DNA of 63,470 nucleotides, the filler included, from Bigelowiella natans CCMP2755 (taxonomy: Eukaryota > Protista > Cercozoa), in NCBI GenBank assembly GCA_000320545.1. It is 5 parts of 5 records of this genome, joined end to end, with 100 filler letters (N's around TTAATTAATTAA, not from the genome) between each part and the next. Parts side by side here need not be neighbours in the genome. Positions count along the whole stretch, not along the records: positions 19,188 to 26,960 come from ADNK01002386.1; positions 27,061 to 47,095 come from ADNK01000110.1; 3 more parts are not named here. One strand, given 5' to 3'. Below, piece by piece: positions 23,740 to 37,905 of the stretch. Both the position numbers and the translations under genes were made by a program. The notes under the pieces are model-generated. The model worked only from the letters and a program-made list of their open reading frames with translations. It was not told where the DNA came from and did no database searches. The stretch's first letter is position 1, and each line of letters begins with the position of its first letter.

Positions 23740-26583
23740 CGCGGTGTGACGATCAGCGCAATTGTAGATATTTCTGGGCCCCCGTAGCCAGTTCGGGCTG
23801 TGACCAGCAAGGAGCAGCCCCCGTCTCTTCCCCATTCTAAAAGGAGGCGGCCATGGATTTGGAGGTTGTTTCTGATTTGGGTTGGTGGCGGATTGTTTGG
23901 CGGTCTTGCACCGAATTAAAATGAGTGAAGTTTGGTTTGTCTTCTCCTTCTCCTCCTCCGTCTCCTTCTACTCACTCCAGATCCTTTACTACAGCGTCCT
24001 CGTCGGAGTCGTCGTAGTTCTTGGTTCTACTCCTTTTCCTGAGTCAGCTGAGTGCTATGGTGATGCCACTGAGCAGGGTGTTACAATTCGAATCAGTTCT
24101 GTGGCGATTATTAGCCTTGCACGGACAGCAACTCGGAATGCTTTCGAGATGGTAGGCGATTGCCTTCTCATGACGATCGCTTGCAATCGTATCTAACCAA
24201 TGCTGGATGCATTCTTTCAGTTCAAATTGGCCATTATAGAAGCTATGACGGAGATTCTCTCCCCGGTAATCGAGCAAATCCTTCGAGGAGTGCAGAGAAT
24301 GAGGAATTATTTCAGGTTTGCCGTATTTGATCAAGCAATTATGTAGGCCCTGCTAATGAATCTTAGGTTCTGCGAGAGGCATTGATAGCAACATTCGAGG
24401 ATCCGAGGTTGGCGGCGGCGCTTACAACCACAATGCAACGAGTGATGGAAAAGCAGGAAATGAGAAATGCTACGAAGAACTTCGCAACAAACTTCGGTAA
24501 TCTACGCTGATGTCGAGAGGATGAAAGAAGGAGCATGCCCTAAAACATGCAACCATTTGATTCGAAATTGCACTGTTTTTGTGTTGTTGTTATTGTTATT
24601 GTTGTTGTTGTCGGCGTTGGCGGTGGTCTTATTGCATGCAGCCGAAGAGGCAGCACGAAGCAAACACCTGAATCGAGAGGTCTCAGTGAAATACTCCTAG
24701 CTATATGCCTCCTATGTTTCTTCTTGGGGGGGGGGGGGGGGGGGGAGAGAGAAATAGACTTGTTATGGCTTGTTAAGGCTATCGACGTAACCGACTGCTA
24801 ATGATATTGCGCGTTGGCGCTTGAAACGACAATTTCTACTTTACCATAATTATACACAAGGCTGCAAAGTTTACAGGGAGCTTGGTGTCTGAGATGATCT
24901 ACCTCATGAAGAACAGGTTGGGTCAACCCAGTTTTCTTGTTCAAGAGTTCCACTTCGACAATAGTGACAACATATATTATGCTAATTATTCGCAGAGTTG
25001 CAGATGCAGCTACCGGGATCCCTCTTCTAGAAACGGTGAAGCAGGATTGCATGTGCGCAAAAACTGGGATGTGCTTTACTTCTTGCCTGATAATTGATTT
25101 GTGATGCAGACCATCGAACCATTGCTATTATTGTGATCGTATGACTCGATCACTCCCTTGACGCACTTGCTTATTTCAGGCAGTGAATAAGTGTATTTGC
25201 AAAGGCAGCAACAGCAATTCTAGTGAAGATCAAAAAGCAGCCCAGTCTATGTCAGACATCGATGTACCGGAGCGCAAAGATCGTGATGGCGCTTCTCCTG
25301 GAGAAGAGCGTAGCCAATAATAATAATAGTAGAGGAGAAGCTCGAATTTTGAACAAACAGTTGCGTCCATTATTCTCGCAAGGGGTTTTGATTTTTATAT
25401 GCTTGTCCATGCATGTCATCTATTTTAAAAAGCAAGTAATTATGACACTTCATTGGTCACGGCTGAACGCAATGCCCTGGTGCCTATCTAGCTATGCTAG
25501 TATGCTCATACGGGGTGAACGCCACGCGAGCATAGAACATGAACGCGAAGTGATAAGGCAGCATTTGCGGCCCGGCGGCGCGAGGTAACACACATACTAG
25601 CAGTATCGATTACAAACGGATTACTTTCGAAGCCGGTAATCAATGCAACCAAATATATATACTTCGCTCTGTTGCGATTATTACATCTAGACATGCATAT
25701 CGCATCATTACAACTACGACAATGTAATATACAGACTGCACATGCTATCCTAGTATCATTCAATATCACACTGTTATGTGCGTCATAAGTGCTATCTACT
25801 GCTATGGCGAACATGCACGCTTTACGTGACTCCCCGAGAGGGTTGCAACTACCGAGACTTAACTTAGCAATTATCCTCACTTACCTTTCCTAGGTTTCTT
25901 CGAGAAGAAATCGTTGATGCTACTCTGCGATATCTCCCGTTTTTTCTTCTTTCCTCGTTTTTGGACACCTGTGTGCATTGTTTGCCCATCAGATTCGAGT
26001 CTATAACTATTATTTGTGGGGGGTTTTGGGGTTTGATATGAAATGTGATTTGAAAGGGTTAGTTATGGCGTGCTAGAGAAGAACATCATCATCGATGTTC
26101 TCGATATTAATCGTGATGATACGTAAGGTTTCATCTTCGTCTTCACCACTTTCACCAACATATTTTAGCGCTTCTGCTGCTACCAGAGGCGGAGGTAGCA
26201 ATCTTCTCTGGATTTCCCATAGCCTTCTCCCTTATCTTCATCTCTGGCTTGTGCTGCCCGTCCTCATCATCATCATTATCATCGTCGTTATCGTCGTTGT
26301 CGTCACCATCTTCATCATTATCATCGTCGTTGTCGTCGTTGTCGTCACCATCTTCTTCGTCTCGCTCGCGATTTGTCTTTCCAGGAGCCGGTGTTTCCTC
26401 TTCTCCTCCTCTTTCTTCTTGGGCTGCTTGAATAGAGCTGCCGCATTCCTTTCCCCCACTGAGAACGCTGTCCCCATCACCATCGTCGTCGTTATCATCA
26501 TCCTCATTGTCCTCATCATCCTCTTTATCATCATCAGGATCCTCGTCACTATCGTCGCCCGTGCCCTGCGCGCAGTGTCGATT

Positions 26584-26619
<36 letters not shown>

Positions 26620-26893
26620 TGTCTTACTGCGTGATATATGTGCGTGTGTGTGTGTGTTTAAGAGAGGGGGGGAGGATGGAGAGGAGAGGGGAAGAGTCAA
26701 ACTTGAACTTTGTATGGAGATGGGGGTGGTGTTGCTACTTGATGAATGGTATAACAATTCCCTTTCTCACCTCATCGGATTCCTGAGAAGATAGCAGCAA
26801 CCGAGAGCTGGAACCCAATGATGATCCAATCAACTACATAATTAATCATCATTATGATGGTTGATAATAGTAATTAGCTTCAAGAAAACGCTC

Positions 26894-26942
<49 letters not shown>

Positions 26943-27119
26943 CCCTCACTCACAATGTCTNNNNNNNNNNNNNNNNNNNNNNNNNNNNNNNNNNNNNNNN
27001 NNNNTTAATTAATTAANNNNNNNNNNNNNNNNNNNNNNNNNNNNNNNNNNNNNNNNNNNNAACGCCCCCCCCCCCGCGCGCACACACAAACACACACACA
27101 CACACACACACACAGAGCG

Positions 27120-27162
<43 letters not shown>

Positions 27163-27770
27163 AACGACGGGGGTGACGACATTGAATAGAATAAGATGAT
27201 ACAGTTTATGTGCATTGCACGATGTAAAGGTGGGCCTAATACCTCTCCAGCAAGTAGTCTGCGTTGTCCTGCCACTGTTGCGATAGCTGTAACGCCAATT
27301 AAATGTGAAACGATTCATTTAGTCAAGCGCTTACAGTCCTGATGGTGATTCGTATATCTGTACTGCTATGATAAATTGCCAACTCCCCCTTGTCCTCACC
27401 TTCAAATAGAAGAATCCATCCTCTTTGCAAACGGTGCCGATGTCATTGAACTTCCGGACTGCCTCCACCAGCTCTTCCTGTGAGAGCGAGCGCGGGTGCA
27501 GCACCATCACGACATACATTCATAGAATCAACGATGAAAGATGCATCAGATGGGGATTTGGGTTGGAACCTGCGTGGTTAGAGGCTCCCGAGCCATGCTT
27601 TCCGCTGCTCGAGGGCGGCGGGTTCTGTGGAGAGGTTTCGGAACTTTCTGTGCTTTACACGACTGCTGAAATGATCTGCGTTTCCATCTGGGCAAACCTA
27701 CTGTTGATATTTTCCGATTGAAAGCGCATTCAAGGCGCTTCGTTTGTCGAACAACGACTCGAATTTTCAT
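23740..27770 (-). CDS. Hypothetical protein: PB1/ubiquitin-like N-terminus, poly-His/acidic tract, PIP box plus basic NLS; spans a gap, 3' end approximate
   Basis: Spliced start MKIRVVVRQTKRLECAFNRKIST|EELVEAVRK...FFYLK|WQDNADYLLE. D/E-rich exon 26150-26630. Exon ...KKKKREISQSSINDFFSKKPRK|GTAAGT. Downstream exons EYFTETSRFR and DLLDYRGENLRHSFY. Confidence 0.5.
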
Positions 27771-29136
27771 CTCCAGCAGAGAAGATCAAGAGTATAATTT
27801 ATCCGAAATTTATCGGTATAGAATTTGCCCAAACGTTTGTCGCAAATTGAGGAGCAGAAAGCATGAGAAGCAGTAGGCTGTTCTACGCTCTGGCCTCATT
27901 CGGTTCTAATCTTGCAGCCTGTGATGATGGATGCCGATGATCCTTGAGCGGCACATCGTAAAAATTTACATACACTTCGACTCACGTGCTAACATCGATT
28001 AAATGTTTTTCGAAAGGGGGTGGAGTTCTTGGGGTCTTCGCTCTCGCCGCAGCTTCCAAAGACGTGGACAAGCAGATAAGGGTCTTCACAATTCGAGCCT
28101 GATTTACGCATTCATAAGCAAAATTTTAAATTTGTATAAACTCATTTTTTACTTTTGCCACATGGTTATGTAGCTCAACGATCAGCCTGTAACGCCTGAG
28201 CAAATGCAGGCGCTAAACAAATGGTATGTCCCGAAATTCCCCAATAAAGTGCCCCAACAATGACACGTAAACAATTCAGGAAACAGAGAGTTGCAGAAAA
28301 GCAGTCATCCCCGAATCAACATAAATAATGAGCCAAGGCAAGCAAATTGGTTCTTAGAGCTTGGCTGCGACATGTACGAAACCTGTTAGTCATTCAGAAA
28401 TCCTATATTGGCTCAAGCTGATATAATCTATGTATGCATTCACAGATCAGCATGTGTGGGAACGGAGGATCTCAGATACACGAATTAATTCCTATTGTAA
28501 TAAAACCATATGTAATAAAAGTACATGCAGAAATTTTAATCAACAGACTTTCACTACTGCCTGGGCCCATCATGTACGAATCTCTTACACTAGCACGCGT
28601 CTTTGCAGCTGCAACACAGATCCTGCGAACTACTTATATGATCCCGGCTGCAACATGGCACATATTTCTCTCCTTGTAGATGTAAAACGAGTGCACATCT
28701 ATATGTATGCATGACGCCCTTGGTAAAGTGTCTAGAGTGTACACTATGAGAGATAGTTCCCGTGCTGCCATACATCTAGTACATGTAGCACGCGCGCGCT
28801 AGGCTTATGGATAGAGTAGCATTTGTAGTCTATTGTCTTGTCAGTGGAGTGTTTATAATCCTTGGGTAAAGGAAATACACATTGCATAGATCTAGAGATT
28901 ACACGTGTCGTGTACAACTAGACAAGGTGCGCAAGCAATACTTTGAGTACGAAGAGTATATCGAATGTCATGCATGTACTCAAAAGCGCAAATCTACCAA
29001 AATATCATGTTGATCTAATACAGCACATGTTCTAAATACAATTTCGCACTTTCGCCACTGCATCTTGCCGAGGACACAGTGAGCAAGCATCTACTAATTC
29101 TAGAGTTGCAAGTCTGCCTTCATGAGAATACGTAGT

Positions 29137-30577
29137 TCATAGATGCTTCCCAAGGAAAGTTAATGTCTCCTTAAATAATTCATTTCTTGCTTTCTTATCG
29201 TCGACGAAGCCCATGTGATGGCATTTGAATTCCACATAGGTTCCATTCTTTACTTTTTTTGAAGCTTCTTCTATTAGCTCCTCTGGAGTCCAATCGTCTG
29301 AGGTGGCTGCTATGAACAAACATGGACATTCAACTTTTGATGCACTATCGAGAGGACTGTAGCCGGTGATATTTAGCAGAGAAGCCGCTGGCATGCCATT
29401 GATCCATTTCGTTGTTCCATCTATGTTAGCACAGGAATCAAAGGTTGATTAACATCCTCACAATCTGAAAAAGTGTCATTCAAGTTCATGTAACTATGGA
29501 CACACGAGGTTTGATCGAGAATATTTGCACACTTGCGTCGTAAAGCAACTTTTTGGGAGATAAACACCGCGGTGAAAGATAGATACCAAAATATGAATTT
29601 TCAAAGATATACGCCTACGCATGATCAGCAAAGTTCGAAGCAGACCCAAAAAGTCACCATTTTAGTTTCAACATTGTATATTATTAGTTTCTCTTCTGCA
29701 ATACCTGCGATGGGCTGATTTCGAGTCATATTTTGAGGATGGATATCTCTCTCCTCCCAATATTTAGGGCCAACATATTTCTTAACATCGGCCATATTCT
29801 TGTCTCCAGCTGATAAAACGGATGTTCCTTCTGGACCAACGAGCCTCACATAAGACCGCCATCCGAAGGTCACTACATTCATCATTAAATCCCACAGGAT
29901 GCTTCTAAAAATTTGTGATTTGCTGAGACTCCCTTTAATTCGTATCTTGCTTGCATCCATACATCCTAGTGCAGATACAATGCATTTGACATTCTCAAAA
30001 TTATCGGAACCCGTTACAATGACGTGCCCCCCTCCAAACGACAGACCCCAGAGTCCGATTCTCTTCGCGTCAACGCAACCAAGAGCATTCGTTACAACCC
30101 GTCTTTCTTCTTTAGTAACAGTATGCTCTGCATGGTCCTCCTCCTTCGAAGCTGGAAATATTTTTTTGTTAGTGACAGCGTGAATGGCGCTTTTCCAATC
30201 CTCGACATGAGCTTTGGGATTCACATAAGATCTTGGCTGACCATCCGACTCCCCGAAAGTACGATAGTCAAATGTCAACGTGCAAATTCCTGCTTTTAAC
30301 AAAGCATTAGCTACTGAGGGAATGGGCTCGAAGACCTGCCACATTGCATACCTAAAAGTAATGCGGGTACATACATTCTTATTTCGATGGAACATGTGGG
30401 CTTCTGAAGAGTCTCTCACCCGTGAGCGAGGATAACAATGGGATTTTGCTCGTTTTTGCTTTCTCCAATTTGCCTCTGGGGAATGGAGAGGTATCCTCTG
30501 CACAGGCTACCATCCTTTGACACGAATTCAACCCTGAGCTTCGCTGCAGCCATCGTCATTCCCTCTTGGTGTGACAT
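29137..30577 (-). CDS. Alpha/beta hydrolase (bacterial COG1073-like)
   Basis: VEFVSKDGSLCRGYLSIP...PIVILAHG; FDYRTFGESDGQPR; nucleophile elbow GLWGLSFGGG; CPCLFIAATSDD (Asp); KCHH (His). Confidence 0.9.
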
Positions 30578-31056
30578 GGGTTCTTGGGCATCCTCCTTCG
30601 AATTTTCCGCAGGAATGCAAATTGGACTAAAATATGTCGAAAAAACTACTAAATAGAATTTGACATCATCCTCGCAATATCCCTACTTCCCACAACAGCG
30701 AAAAGTAAAAGAAATAGATTTATTTTAAAACAGAGTATATCTTACATTTCCCCCGATGTTGGATGTCTTCAGACAACAACCGGCAACAATACTAACTGCC
30801 GGGAGATACGTTGAAAATACTCGAACATCCCCCCTCTCTCACATTGTGACGTACGAAGTAGCCGGGGAAGATGATGGACCGGCTCCTCGAGCATTACATT
30901 TGAGGCTACACGATCCCTCCGCACATCTGGCCATTGTTCCAATTTAATCGATGAAATTCTCGGTTTCGAAACACGTAATTAGCAGGTCAGCCTTCCGTTT
31001 TTATCTGTAGGAAAACAAGCAATCAATCTTTATCTCCTCACAACAGGGCTATCGTA

Positions 31057-31775
31057 ATGGCCTGCTGCGCCTTCACTGTTGGGTTACTTGCAGTGGCTTC
31101 TTCCACTCGCGGTTCGTATCCTTCAAGCCTCCCATCAGAGAGGGAGGCATCACCCGACTGTTATCCCGACAGCAGGGGGGGGTACAAGGAAGGTGCGCCA
31201 TCAAGACTTGGACTTGGGTTCTTCGGCAAGGTTTGTCGATACACGTTCATTTCATTTTGGCGTTGGAACGTTGGTTTTAGCTGAGTGGATCCCAGATTAT
31301 CCTGGATTTCTTCTTTTTTTGTCTGAAGATTAAACCGCACCACCCGTTGGCTCTCCTATCAGCTAAGACTCCGACTGATGCGTACCTATATCCAGATTTG
31401 CCCATGTGTGCGCCGTCGCTCGAAGCCCTTTGACGACAATGACGATCCGGTCCACAGTCAACACTAAATGCGATGACTCATTACATGCTACAGATTCGAA
31501 TATTTTATTATTTTGCTTCCCACCAGCATCACCACAACAACAGCAATAATAACTAACACATACTACTACTATTACTACTGCTACTACTTCTACTTCTGTT
31601 ACTGCCACTATCATTACTTCTAGGCTTCTCGTACATCGCAGAAGAGGCCATATGCATATTCGTCCGCGGAAAGACCAGGTATTGTAATATTGTGATTATC
31701 ATATGAGCTTTGTCACTACCCATCGTGATGAAGCCATCAACATCGCCCCCCCCCCCCCCCCCCCCTCCTTCCTAC

Positions 31776-31827
<52 letters not shown>

Positions 31828-32012
31828 GTAATGGATATTATATTCTCCACTCCTCCACAGCCGCGCTCCCCCCCCCTATATATATGTATATACCCCCCCT
31901 CATCACGGAGCAAGTGCATATATGTGTTCTTCTCTCTCGCGCCCGCGCGCCCCCCGCGCGCTGTGTGTCTGTACACGCGCACATATCCCCCCCCCCCCCC
32001 CCTCCTTCCTAC

Positions 32013-32064
<52 letters not shown>

Positions 32065-33004
32065 GTAATGGATATTATATTCTCCACTCCTTCCACAGCG
32101 CGTGCAAAGACTCCCACCGCACAAGGGGCCAGCCGCCGTGAGATAGAAGAACTCCTAAATGAACTTGCTCCGTAATGATAATAGGAATATTAACATCAAT
32201 AATAACAACAGCTCGAGATGTTTATTTTAAACTACATATGATTTATTCTGCGCACTATTTATTGTTCTTTGTCTTCGTAGTCAGTGCCACCATCATCAGC
32301 AGCACTATCATTGTCATCATCATCATCATCATCATCATCATAATCACCAACCCTCATCCTGGTCCTCTGTCACCGAGCATTACCATCATGAATATCATAT
32401 AAAATGTAGTATCATTGCTGCTTCCTCGTCTAATCGCCCCCTACCCCCCTTTTGTCGGCAGAGGCCAAGATGGGGACTATGCACATATGAGTGAATCTCT
32501 TCGCATCGCACTAAAGGAGATCCTGCTCCTCCGAGAGCAGCTTGCGGCACAGAGGCGGTAAGTTACTTAGTAGAATAAAATTGGCGACGTTGTCGATGAG
32601 AAGGATGGGCAGGCAAGCTGAGAATGGAGTGAAAGGAGTAGTAGGGAAAATAAAAGATGGGTGAGGTGTCGATGGGGCTTAAGAAGCAGTAGGAAAATTA
32701 GACGCTACAAAAGTGAGAACGGTGATGGGGTAGTATACACCATCACACTAACACTCTCTGCTAATAATCGATAGGAACTCAGAAGAATTGAAGGATTCGT
32801 TCACTGATTTACTGGTCGCTGAAAGAAACAATTTGAACACTAATATAGTAGTCAATGTATTAGTACACACTTTAGGAAGATGGACTTTTGCCTCAACTTT
32901 TCCCTCCATCGTTCCCCATTTTCCCCCTCCCCTCACCCCACCCCAATTCCCTTTAGGAGGAGTACAAAAACGCTGAAGATGCTTTCAAGGTATGGAGGGC
33001 TTGA
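31057..33004 (+). CDS. Small hypothetical protein with a signal-peptide-like N-terminus and short coiled coil, ~7 exons
   Basis: MACCAFTVGLLAVASS... followed by phase-consistent GT-AG exons (RREIEELLNELAP; SLRIALKEILLLREQLAAQRR; EEYKNAEDAFKVWRA*). Confidence 0.55.
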
Positions 33005-34278
33005 GTGGCTACAACCCGTTTTCACGCATAACATGACTCAAACCTAATTGCACTCACTATCTTGGCAGATGCCGTCACTAAGCCCGCATGGCATAAATTA
33101 CATGTTTGAATTCTTGCCAGGCTTCGGAATCTCCCATGCTCATCGACTAGTAGGAACTGAGATGAGTGGATTGTTAAGAGGCTTGATGACGCGAGGGAAA
33201 TGATTACAATACACTCGCCCCCGGTTGCATTTCCGAGCACACGTGTATGTTCCACTGCAAATATAACACGCTAGGATTACAGTCGCCTTCCAATCGATTT
33301 ATTATCGATTATTGAACACGTACGCACCAATACTGCACCAGATTCCAGACCATGTGGTGCATGTACATGTGCATGCATCAAAATGTCTACAGTACATACA
33401 CGTACATGTCTTAGGCAAAAACTTGCATCTACCTTTGCAGTAAGCCTACACATGCATGTGTGTACAGATGAACATGACTTGCAGCCGTACTCCTCACGAT
33501 CGATGCAATGCACAGCTTGGTAATTGTAAGATGCGTAGCATGCTTTACCAAGTCAGTAGAATGCATGCATGCGCACTGCAGTGGCCAGCCCGCTCGCTAT
33601 AGCAGTAGCTGGAGGAAAATGCGTCCATCTCTGGCTTATGCATTTATATATGTGACGGATGTAATGAAATGTTTAAATTTTTTCAATGGTCATCCTAATG
33701 TAGCTATGCAATGCAGCGGCTACAGCGCTTAAGTTGCATTTATATATACAATGCCATGGATTGCACAATTTCGAATCACACAACAGAATCTAGCGCTAGC
33801 TAGACACAAAACATTGCGCATGCTGCACATGCAATCTAGTTGCTATGTAGCAATGGACATAACGTATATGATCACATATGCAGCATGATGTGCTTCATGC
33901 AGTCTAGCAGTGCACAGTCAACTGTGTCCATGGCATGATATACATGCACACATTTGTACTCATCTCACGTTGTGTCTACATGGTCTGCACATTTATATAA
34001 CGTACTTAGCGACAACATGTTGCCAACAAAACACGAACGTCTATGCTACATTGATAGACGTGGCATGCAGTTATGTCTAAAGTGATCCATGTTTGGTAAT
34101 GTAATGTGGAATACCACAAAATGTCGCCACACTCATTAATCACATGTTACTGTCTGTGAACTCCGTAAAAAGAACTTTAAGTGAGAGGCAAGCGATTCAA
34201 ATTATCTTGCAGATAAATAATCTAATCTATTGTACAGTTTGTGACTATCCAGCTTACATTGTTGTGCCAGTCGTCGTT

Positions 34279-34516
34279 CTAAGCTACAGCTGCTTCCTCG
34301 TTCACTTGTCCCAACGGCATCTTATGCTCCGTAACGCCACGTGTATTTTCGGGCTTTTGCAACGAAGCCTTAATTTTATCCTGCTGCTGGTGTAAATTTG
34401 CCATCGACACCGTCGAGAATCGGCGCGTTCCTGGACTGAATCTGAGGTTTGGTGCGTTTATTGATGATTTAACAAGTAATGTTGATGACCAGACAAATGG
34501 TTCATACACACGCACA

Positions 34517-34549
<33 letters not shown>

Positions 34550-35182
34550 CAACAACAACAACAACAACAACAACTACAACAACAACAGCAACTGACACAT
34601 TGATTTTGCACGTTTTCACCTTCTTTCCGATATGAGGATCTTAATGCGCTTATTTAGCTTATGAACTTCGATCTCATGCAGACGATTGAGCTCCTCAAGC
34701 TGGTCCGCTTTGAAATGGTAAGTCTGCACGTTGCGCTCGAGTTCCGCCTTCAAGTCGCGCAAGAATTTAATCTCTTTCTGGAATGCCTCTATTGCCTTGG
34801 CCATATCCCATTCTTTCCCCTCCAGTTTCTGACAAAAGGAGGAAACAACAGATGGAATAAGGAGGAGGGAAAGGCAAGAAGTACACTCTCATCACATTGG
34901 GACATTATATGCTTCCTGAAGCGGAATGTCATCGCGTTTAAGATTTGTCATTTTATCGAGTGGGGTGGGTGGGCATCGTTCGTGGGTCACTACAGAAGGA
35001 TACCCGAATATAGCGTTTGGTTTCTTTGGCGACATCGACAAGTTTTGACATTTCGATCTCAGTTTGCCTGAGACTATCGTCGAGCTCTTCCCTGGACATC
35101 CCCTCACGCCACAACTTCCCCACCTCACCTTCCACCTGCATATGTGAAGGGAAAAAGTTAACTTTCGAGTGCCCAAACATAT

Positions 35183-35230
<48 letters not shown>

Positions 35231-36601
35231 TACACACAAACACGCCACACGTTTTGTTAATATATTTTGTATGCATAAACTACACACTAATTTACTCAAC
35301 CAATATATATTTATATTAATAAATATATACATATATATATATATATATATTTATATTATATGTAGCATTCAAGAACAGTTCTTCTGATGACCACCTTCTT
35401 TGCAGACGTCTGAGGCGATTTTTCTTGCGAGGAGGAAGCGATGTTTTCATGTAGGGCCTCTTCGAGCTTTTTTTGCGTTTCCAGGTGACGTCGCCGCTCC
35501 GTCTGCAACAGTTCGCGCAATCGTCGAGCGGCACCACTAGGATTGTCTCGCTTGCTAGATTTGGCCTTGAACTTGGCTTCTTGCTCCCTCCACTCTCTCT
35601 TTATCTTCTCGCTATTTGCAGCAACTCTATCTAATTCCCCTTCTAAATCACGCACGCGGCGTTTCATAAGGCTGCATTGTTTTTCCGAGACTTGAAGCTT
35701 CAGGGCGACTTCGGAGGTAGCGCCTTCTATCGTAGTGTTACTGTTGGCATCAGTGGCAGTGTCATTTTCGTCATGATATCCTGCTGGTTTCTCCCAGCTG
35801 CTCGTCCCTGTCTCGAGGTTGTAGTAGTATGTGCGGCCCTGATTGTTTCGATCAGACATGATGTTTCATTTTGATTCTTCAGAGGAAACTTGCGTAAGCT
35901 CCCGTTTGTGCGTGCATATCTCCCCACCCACCCCTCCCTCCCGCCGTGTGTGTGAATGAGCATGTGCCTGCATGTGTATGTGCACATCTTTTGTGACTTT
36001 ACCCTTATCCTAACGACACGCAAGAGGGTGTTGAATATCATCGAAAACATAATGTGTCGGTTCTATTTCTTCTTTCTCTTCTTCCTCATAATTTCATTTT
36101 ACCTTGTGTTCGCTCCGTTTCCACTTGCTCGGTGTGCGTTGGGTGCCCGCACTCTTTCCCATATCAGCTAGCTTGACCTCGAGCCCCGATATTCTTGTCT
36201 GGAGCTCATAATTAGCCTTTCGCAAATTCGCAACGGTGCTCTTGCTCACATCTAAATCGGCTTTGCGTGCCTTTTCCTGCGCCGTAAGGGATTCTATTTG
36301 TTTCTTGAGATCTTTCACTTTACCCGCAAGCTTCTCATTTGCGGCACGGAAGCTTATAATTGCCTTATTAGCCGCCATCAGATCCCGCTCCGCCTCCTCT
36401 TCGCTGTTACGAAGATCTTCTATTTGAGACCACTGCAGCCGTATGGTCTATGGTGTAAGTTGGAAACAATAGGAGAAGATTATCAATTAGTGTCATGCAC
36501 GTGGAAGGGGCTACTAATGTGTTGTTTTGGGCGAGCCTCGACGGACAGGAAAAGAGAGATATAGAGCGAGAGTATAGACAGGCAGACAGAGTTACACACA
36601 T

Positions 36602-36635
<34 letters not shown>

Positions 36636-36680
36636 TGCACACACGCAAGCGCATAGGGAGGAGGGGAGGAAGGGGGATAG

Positions 36681-36722
<42 letters not shown>

Positions 36723-37830
36723 GCATGTTTTCTACTTGCGAAGCTACATGTGTAATGGCAAAATAAATGCACGAAAGAACAAAGCAAGAGGAGTGCCTAT
36801 CTTGATACCTCAGCTTCTTTCTCCTGCTGAGCATGTTGGTGTTCTACTGTGACTCGTACAGATTTGAGTTCCTTTTGAAGATCTTCACTTTTTTGCTCGA
36901 GGTCCACGACATTCCCTTGGTATTTTTTAACCTCTTCGCGAGCAATTGAGAGTTGAATGCGTAGATCGTCTACTATGAATTTCTCCTTCTCAACCTTATT
37001 TCTTTGCTCTTGAAGCTCCTTGTTCTCCTTACCCAATCGCTCCGCCTCCTAGTTAATCAAATAATTTAACCAATCAATATGTAGACGGAGTGATGGGAAT
37101 AAACAGTGCAAGCGATCGACAGATATTAGCTAGGCGAGACCAAGCGGAAGTTAAGGAGGTTACTTCAAACTTCAAATAGAATTATGTGCAAAATTCATTT
37201 GTTTCCCTTTATTTGATGATAAAAGTAACAACGCACCTTGACAATGTCGGAGGCATGGACCTCAATCTCAGCCTTAGTCTCCTCTAGCTCTCTGATTTTG
37301 TCGTTCAGAACTTTACGTTCGAACTCGAGTTTACGGACGCTCTCCTCATTCTTCTCATGCTCCTCCGCAATCTGGTCTAACATCCGCTCTTTCTCCTCTT
37401 CGAACTCCTTCTTCAGTTTCTCCCTTTCTGCAGCTATTACGCGCATATCACCGCCGGTCGTTTTGGTTTCATTTCTCCTTTTCTCGCGTGATCTCTGGCG
37501 GTCCAGCTCCTCTCGCGCCTCGTCGATCTTCTTCTGCTGCATATTTAGGTCCTCCCTCATTCTCCAGATCTCTCGCTTCTCAATTGCAAGTTTGCTTACG
37601 TTTTCCTCATGCTTCTCATGCTCTTCTGCCAGCTCATCCATTAACTTCTCTTTCTCCTTCTTAAAAGCAATGATATCAGCTGAAAGCTTTTCTTTCTCCG
37701 ACAGAATTTCTCCAGCACCTTGCTTGGGTGGCGGCGGTAGTGCTGCGTGGTAAGAAAAAATACTATCGTCATGTCGATCATGTTTCGTGCGCGTACGGTT
37801 CGACATAAATGTGTTGTGTTTAGGACAAAA

Positions 37831-37905
<75 letters not shown>

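Noticed and set aside
25890-25927. CRL4-Cdt2 PIP degron
   Set aside because: It has ND rather than TD, and Pro rather than K/R at the +4 position.
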